Assembly (NCBI GenBank): GCA_038065095.1
Contig: JBBTRR010000006.1
Coordinates: 20,713-84,712, forward strand
DNA length: 64,000 nucleotides
Source of the DNA: Patescibacteria group bacterium
GTDB lineage: Bacteria; Patescibacteriota; Minisyncoccia; JACQLN01
Reading direction: 5' to 3'
The notes below the pieces were generated by a model that saw nothing but the letters and a program-made list of their open reading frames with translations, had not been told where the DNA came from and made no database searches. The number at the start of each line of letters is the position of its first letter. Positions within the stretch are counted from its first letter, which is position 1. Of the stretch, positions 58,578 to 64,000 are shown piece after piece. The position numbers and the translations under genes were made by a program.

Positions 58578-59789
58578 TTACTTAGAATTTAAAATTACTT
58601 CAATAGCCTTATCTAACTGTGGATCTCTTAAGTTTTCTATATCATCTTTAGTAAATTCAACCTTAACATCAGCCTCCAAACCTTCGTGCATAATAGATTT
58701 TCCCGAAGGTGTTAACCATTTAGCAATAGTCACCTTTAAACTGGTACCTTCACGCATATTTTCGAGTTGTTGCACCGAACCCTTACCAAAACTTTTAGCA
58801 CCAATTAATTGTATTTTGCGGTTATCCCGCAAAGCTCCTGCCAAAATTTCCGAAGCCGAAGCTGAACCTTCGTTCATTAAAACCACCATCGGCATATTTT
58901 TTAAAACAGCATTGCCACTAGCTAAATATTTTTTGGTTTGAGTGCCATCGCCAAAATCTTCTATAGCCACCACACTTTCTACATCCATAAACCAACCAGC
59001 AATATCTTGCGAGACTTCTAAATAACCACCTGGGTTATTTCTTATATCTAAAACGATCCTATCGGCAGGACTTCGCAAAACATCTAGTACTGCTTTTCTA
59101 AATTCTGTAGGTGCAGTTTCACCAAAATTAAATAGCTGAATATACGCAACTTTATCTTTTTTAAGTTGCCATTTTACTGTAGGAATTTTAATATCGTCGC
59201 GAACAATGCTTATTTCTTTAATAGCGTCGTCCCCTGGTCTGCTTATGGTTAATTTAACCGCAGAACCTTTTGGACCACGTATCAAGCCCACGGCTTCACT
59301 TATACCCATATCTGCTGTAATAGTATCGTTAATTTTTAAAATTCTATCACCCGCTCTTAACCCAGCTTTTTGAGAAGGAGAATCTTCTAGTGGAGAAATA
59401 ACCGTTAACACTTCTTTTCTAACACCAATTTCGGCACCAATTCCACCAAACGAACCAGAAACATCATCTTTAAACTGTTTTGCTTCTACGGGTTCAAAAA
59501 AGGTTGTGTAAGGGTCTTTTAAAGATTTTACCATGCCATCTATAGCACCATAAACCATTTTCTTTCTATCCAAACTGGATCTATCCACATATTTATCTTG
59601 AATAATCTTCCAAGCATCCCAAAACAAACTAAAATCTACATCGTCAGGCTGAGTTAAAGATTTATTACCAACACCTTCTATGGCATATATAGATGGCACT
59701 TGGCTTTTGCCATAATAAAAACCACCATAAAAAGTGGTGACTGCAAGTGCTAAGGCAAAAATAAATAAACTAGCCGATTTCCTGTTCAT
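58578..59789 (-). CDS. ctpA: S41 carboxyl-terminal processing protease
   Basis: PDZ GIGAEI, DIRNNPGG, SASASEILAGAL, FGKGSVQ. Confidence 0.93.
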   Translation of the reverse strand: MNRKSASLFIFALALAVTTFYGGFYYGKSQVPSIYAIEGVGNKSLTQPDDVDFSLFWDAWKIIQDKYVDRSSLDRKKMVYGAIDGMVKSLKDPYTTFFEPVEAKQFKDDVSGSFGGIGAEIGVRKEVLTVISPLEDSPSQKAGLRAGDRILKINDTITADMGISEAVGLIRGPKGSAVKLTISRPGDDAIKEISIVRDDIKIPTVKWQLKKDKVAYIQLFNFGETAPTEFRKAVLDVLRSPADRIVLDIRNNPGGYLEVSQDIAGWFMDVESVVAIEDFGDGTQTKKYLASGNAVLKNMPMVVLMNEGSASASEILAGALRDNRKIQLIGAKSFGKGSVQQLENMREGTSLKVTIAKWLTPSGKSIMHEGLEADVKVEFTKDDIENLRDPQLDKAIEVILNSK

Positions 59790-60026
59790 TTTGTGTTACT
59801 TTTTCCTTTTTTTAAGATTAAAAAAATAAGCCCAAACCAACCCCAAAATTATAGCTAATGCAAAATAAAAAAGATACATGTCCGCCCAGTAGGAGTCGTC
59901 CCCTCGTCGCTAACGCGACTCTTTAAAACCTTGCGGTTTTAATATTTCCACATCGGGAAACCGAATCGTTTCCCGACCCCTTCGTTAAGGTTCGCCACCT
60001 ACCGGAATATTTTTAATTAATAAATG

Positions 60027-60099
60027 TCCGCCCGGTAGGAGTCGAACCTACGACCATCTCCTTAAAAGGGAGCTGCTCTACCAACTGAGCTACGGGCGG
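60027..60099 (-). tRNA. tRNA-Lys(TTT)
   Basis: CCGCCCG/CGGGCGG acceptor stem, TAGCTCAGTTGGTAGAGC, loop CT-TTT-AA, GGTTCGACTCC. Confidence 0.93.
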
Positions 60100-60281
60100 A
60101 TAAATTTTCTAGTCTGTCCACTGGCGTCCAAAGGTCAAGTTGAGTCGGATAACAACTACTTGTCCTTCCGAAGCTCGAATATCATTCGAGCGAAGGAGGA
60201 AGCTACGGGCGGATTATCTAAAGCATAATAGCAAAAAACGCCAAGAAATCAAACCAAAGGCTTAACCTTGATATAAGTAAC

Positions 60282-60809
60282 CTATTTTCTCAATAACAAA
60301 AACCCTAACAAGGGCAATCCAGCCCAAATTCCACGACTTATATCGCCCGAAAAAAGTTTATCCACCAAAGAAATATTACTTAAAACATCTACATCCGTAA
60401 CAAAATTAAGTGCGCTAGAAACCAAAAAACCCAATGTTATAACCGAAAGCAAAATCATCTTTATTCGGCCGGCATGGTCATTGCTAGCTCCGCCATAAAT
60501 ACCTTTAGCAATGGTGGTGTAAAGCAAAAAGAAAATAGCTAAAACTGCACCTAAGAAAATATAAACATTATCACCATAAGCCAACGCCCAATCAAAAGGT
60601 AGGGCTTGATATAGAGCTGTAACAATATATACAGCCACACCGAGTAATATTATTTTTCGTCTTTTTAAAAACATTGAAACCAAAACCGAAGCCACCAAAA
60701 AACCGAGTATAAAAAATGTATCCATTCTTTGCGCACCTAAAAAGAAAAGATCAAATTTAGAATTGATATTTCGAGATAAATCTATAACCCAATTTAAAAA
60801 CTTAGACAT
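60282..60809 (-). CDS. Multi-pass membrane protein
   Basis: About five hydrophobic segments; TGtTAAAAT 6 nt before ATG. Confidence 0.65.
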   Translation of the reverse strand: MSKFLNWVIDLSRNINSKFDLFFLGAQRMDTFFILGFLVASVLVSMFLKRRKIILLGVAVYIVTALYQALPFDWALAYGDNVYIFLGAVLAIFFLLYTTIAKGIYGGASNDHAGRIKMILLSVITLGFLVSSALNFVTDVDVLSNISLVDKLFSGDISRGIWAGLPLLGFLLLRK

Positions 60810-60871
60810 AACTGTATTTTAACATAAAAAAGAATCAGAAAGACCAACTTTACAACTATGTTTACATCCGC

Positions 60872-60899
60872 TTGACGGCTATAAAATACCTGCTATACT
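60872..60899 (+). promoter_or_regulatory. Sigma70 promoter facing the toxin gene
   Basis: TTGACG-16-TATACT with extended -10 TGc. Confidence 0.75.
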
Positions 60900-60905
60900 T
60901 GTTTA

Positions 60906-61012
60906 TAAATGGCTTCGGCCCTCCCCGTAAGGGGTAACAATTGCTTCGGCACGACTCTGTCGCAAGGCAGAGGTAAAAAGAAAAACTCAAGGTAACAATG
61001 CCTTGAGTTTTT
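60906..61012 (+). ncRNA. Candidate ~105-nt structured small RNA convergent with the PemK-like toxin
   Basis: Four tetraloop hairpins (cUUCGg, cGUAAg, cUUCGg, cGCAAg) then 12-bp stem aaaaactcaagg/ccttgagttttt. Confidence 0.65.
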
Positions 61013-61388
61013 CAGTTAGACCTACAAAATCTTTCTGATTGATTTCCCCTATTCTATAAGACAGCCTACGCGCGTCAACCGTTCTAATTTGGGAGAGTAT
61101 TGCAAGACTTTCAGTTCCAGATCCAAAAGAGAATTTAAAATAATAAATTTCCTTTTTATTATTTTCCTTCTTAGGCTTCGTTAACGGTAACGCCCAAAAC
61201 ATATAAACATTAAATTTTCTTAAAATTAAAACTGGTCTCAAAAAATCTTCACCTATACCGTCCTGTTCAAAACCAACATTCGCGCCCAAATGACAAAACC
61301 AAATTTCTCTTTCATGAAAAAATGGCCTTTTTTCAATATCATCGATTTGCGATTTTTTATTGTGCCAAGTTTGAAAATCTTTTTTCAC
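60987..61388 (-). CDS. Orphan PemK/MazF-family endoribonuclease toxin
   Basis: REIWFCHLG.NVGFEQDG..RPVLIL..PLT, LSQIRTVDARRL; no antitoxin ORF in the 22-bp gap to dnaJ. Confidence 0.85.
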   Translation of the reverse strand: MKKDFQTWHNKKSQIDDIEKRPFFHEREIWFCHLGANVGFEQDGIGEDFLRPVLILRKFNVYMFWALPLTKPKKENNKKEIYYFKFSFGSGTESLAILSQIRTVDARRLSYRIGEINQKDFVGLTEKLKALLP

Positions 61389-61410
61389 ATTAGAAAAGAA
61401 AAGATTATTT

Positions 61411-62502
61411 TTATAACTCTCCTGCTATTTCTTTTAATACTTTTTGCGCCTTACTAGAAAGTTTTTTAGGCGTGCGAATGTAAACTTCCACATATTGATC
61501 ACCCCTTCGTGAAGCCGAATACGGCATACCTTTACCGCCCATTTTGAATATCGCGCCAGATTCCGTGCCAGAAGGAATTTTTAAATCTACTTTGCCATCT
61601 ATAGTTTTTATTTCTGCGCTACCACCTAAAACCGCCATATCAAACGGTACACCAAGTTCACTATATAAATCGGCGCCATCACGTTCAAAAATTTCGTGTT
61701 CTTTAATGTTAACTTTAATTTCTAGGTCTCCTGCTTCACCTCCGCGTATACCTTCTTCACCTTTGCTATGTATACGTAAAACTCCGCCAGATTCAATTCC
61801 TGCCGGAATTGGTATAGAAAGTTTTTCTATTTTTCTAACCCGCCCTTCACCTGAACAGTCCTTACAGGCTTGTTCCGGATATTGGCCTTCACCATGACAG
61901 GTTGGGCAAACTGCTGTTTGAGAAAAAACTCCAAAAAAAGTTCGCTGGGTTTTTTTAAGCTCACCCGCGCCTTCGCAGGTTTTACATTTTATTTTTCCAG
62001 TGCCCGGTTCTGTACCATCGCCTTTGCAACGCATACAACGAACTAATTTTCTTAATTCCAATTCTTTAGCTACGCCTTTAAAAGCTTCTTCCAAAGAAAT
62101 TTCTAGCGTTACACCAATATCGCGTCCACGTTGGGCCACATTATTACGACCCTTACGACCACCCCAGCCCGAGGCTGGTCCGCCTTGGGCGGAAAAAAAA
62201 TCAGAAAATATATCACCTAAATCAAATTCAACATTGTTAAAATCAAAATTAGAAAAATCAAAACCAGCTGGCCCGCCTTGTGGACCGCCAAAACCTTCTG
62301 CCGTGCCAAAACGATCATATTGCGCACGCTTATCGGGGTTACCCAAAATTTGGTAAGCCTCGTTTATTTCTTTAAACTTAGCTTCATCGCCACCAGATTT
62401 ATCAGGGTGAAATTTATGAGCCTTATCCCTATAAGCTTTCTTAACCTCTTCTTGCGAAGCGGTTTTATTAACTCCGAGTATGTTGTAGTAATCCTTTGCC
62501 AT
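61411..62502 (-). CDS. dnaJ: Chaperone DnaJ
   Basis: HPD motif, G/F region, four CxxCxGxG repeats. Confidence 0.97.
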   Translation of the reverse strand: MAKDYYNILGVNKTASQEEVKKAYRDKAHKFHPDKSGGDEAKFKEINEAYQILGNPDKRAQYDRFGTAEGFGGPQGGPAGFDFSNFDFNNVEFDLGDIFSDFFSAQGGPASGWGGRKGRNNVAQRGRDIGVTLEISLEEAFKGVAKELELRKLVRCMRCKGDGTEPGTGKIKCKTCEGAGELKKTQRTFFGVFSQTAVCPTCHGEGQYPEQACKDCSGEGRVRKIEKLSIPIPAGIESGGVLRIHSKGEEGIRGGEAGDLEIKVNIKEHEIFERDGADLYSELGVPFDMAVLGGSAEIKTIDGKVDLKIPSGTESGAIFKMGGKGMPYSASRRGDQYVEVYIRTPKKLSSKAQKVLKEIAGEL

Positions 62503-62596
62503 AAATTAAAAATTAAAAATAAAACATTAAAATTACAGATTAAAATCTAAAAATTTAAATTTTGATTTGTCATTTTTATTTTTTATACTTGATATT

Positions 62597-64000
62597 TTAT
62601 TTTTCTTTAAATTCCCCTTCCTGCGGTTTCTCACCTTCATCCGATTTTTTTTCTGCACTCGGTTCAGCTGGTTGACCAGCTTGGGCCTGTTTATATAAGT
62701 CCGCACCAAATTTTTGTATAGTCTGGCTTAAAGCCTCTGTTTTAGATTTTATCACATCAATATCGGCCGAGTCTTTTACCTTCTTTAAATCTTCTAATTT
62801 TTCGTCTATTTCTTTTTTAACTTCTGGTGGAATCTTTGCTTGCCCTGAGCCTGCTTGCGGTGAGCCTGTCGAATCCGTCGAAGGGTCAGCAAGGTCACGC
62901 AAAGTTTTTTCGGTACTATAAATTATAGTTTCTGCATTTATTTTTACTTCCGAAACTTCTTTCTTTTTGGCATCTTCCACTGCATGCATTTCTGCTTCTT
63001 TTTTCATTCTCTCTATTTCTTCTTTAGATAAGCCTGAAGAACCCTCTATACGAATAGACTGTGCTTTACCAGTAGCCTTGTCTTTAGCAGAAACGGAAAG
63101 TATACCGTTAGCATCAATATCTATGGCAACTTCTATTTGAGGTGTGCCACGCGGAGCTGGTGGAATACCATCTAAAATAAACCTACCTAAGGTTTTATTG
63201 TCTGTAGCCATTGGGCGTTCGCCTTGCAAAATATGAATTTCTACTTGAGGTTGGCTATCGGCCGCAGTAGAAAAAACTTGAGACTTTGAAGTTGGTATGG
63301 TTGTATTTTTGCCAATAAGTACGGTCATTACCCCACCCAATGTTTCCAAACCCAAAGATAGAGGCGTAACATCTAACAAAAGAATGTCTTTAACATCGCC
63401 TTGCAAGATTCCGGCCTGAATAGCCGCACCTAATGCCACAACTTCGTCTGGGTTAATATTTTTATGAGCATCTTTACCAAAAAGCTTTTTAACAGCTTCT
63501 TGCATCGCCGGCATTCTGGTTTGTCCACCTACTAAAATAACTTCGTTGATTTCGGAAATTTTAAATTCAGCTTCTTCTACAGTTTTTTTAGTAATCTCTA
63601 TAGATTTTTCTATTTCGTTTCTAACTAAATCTTCCAACTTGGCCCGAGAAAGATTCATTAAAAAATGCTTTGGACCATTAGCATCCGTAGTTATGAAAGG
63701 AATATTTACTTCGGTTTCCAAAGACGAAGAAAGTTCATGCTTAGCTCTTTCGGCGCCTTCTTTTAAACGCTGTAAAGCCAAAGTATCTTTACCTAAATCT
63801 ATACCCTGATCTTTTCTAAATTCGTCTATTAAGAAGTGAATTATTTTTTGATCAAAATCGTCACCACCCAAGTGAGTGTCCCCTCCCACAGCTTTAACCT
63901 CTACTGTATTTTCGGATACTTCTAAAACAGACACGTCAAACGTGCCTCCGCCAAAATCGTAAACTACAATTTTTTCCTCTTTCTTTTTATCTAACCCATA
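62597..64000 (-). CDS. dnaK: Chaperone DnaK (5' end outside window)
   Basis: [38 protein letters not shown]; frame open to the window edge. Confidence 0.98.
   Translation of the reverse strand, partial: YGLDKKKEEKIVVYDFGGGTFDVSVLEVSENTVEVKAVGGDTHLGGDDFDQKIIHFLIDEFRKDQGIDLGKDTLALQRLKEGAERAKHELSSSLETEVNIPFITTDANGPKHFLMNLSRAKLEDLVRNEIEKSIEITKKTVEEAEFKISEINEVILVGGQTRMPAMQEAVKKLFGKDAHKNINPDEVVALGAAIQAGILQGDVKDILLLDVTPLSLGLETLGGVMTVLIGKNTTIPTSKSQVFSTAADSQPQVEIHILQGERPMATDNKTLGRFILDGIPPAPRGTPQIEVAIDIDANGILSVSAKDKATGKAQSIRIEGSSGLSKEEIERMKKEAEMHAVEDAKKKEVSEVKINAETIIYSTEKTLRDLADPSTDSTGSPQAGSGQAKIPPEVKKEIDEKLEDLKKVKDSADIDVIKSKTEALSQTIQKFGADLYKQAQAGQPAEPSAEKKSDEGEKPQEGEFKEK

Noticed and set aside
2872-63809. 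Many 60-170 aa ORFs antisense to or nested in core genes (e.g. 2872-3351, 41369-41725, 56004-56516, 62000-62356)
   Set aside because: Shadow ORFs of well-supported genes with no independent signals.
1-64000. CRISPR array or cas genes
   Set aside because: No regularly spaced direct repeats with unique spacers and no cas-like ORFs; the palindromes are dispersed single copies.
1-64000. Alternative genetic code (TGA read as Gly)
   Set aside because: Conserved genes are full length under code 11 and several end in TGA at expected positions (e.g. znuB, gltX).

Overview
A low-GC, gene-dense window that reads like a Patescibacteria (probably Parcubacteria) chromosome. This is inferred from compact aspS and uvrC, a fragmented cell-wall cluster, presence of rplI and groESL, and TGA used as a stop. 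Core genes: znuCB, fmt/def, aspS, scpAB, dacA-mraY-ftsW-murG-gltX, lemA/htpX, groESL, uvrA/uvrC, secG, rnj, ychF, rpmA, rplI, dnaJ/dnaK and three tRNAs (Ser-GGA, Leu-CAG, Lys-TTT). Accessory content: a type II R-M pair, RelE and HicAB toxin-antitoxin pairs, an IS200 remnant and several orphan genes. Most notable signals: (1) an orphan PemK/MazF-fold toxin faced by a convergent, promoter- and terminator-delimited ~105-nt RNA built from two repeated UUCG+GNRA hairpin units (candidate RNA antitoxin); (2) a ~450-nt structured RNA upstream of groES carrying anti-Shine-Dalgarno CCUCC motifs; (3) apparently leaderless housekeeping genes contrasting with promoter/boxA-like/SD-led orphan genes; (4) several families of small palindromic elements, including 32-34 bp perfect palindromes centred on CGATCG, found both between genes and in frame inside conserved proteins. 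All calls come from reading motifs by eye; no database search or folding program was run.
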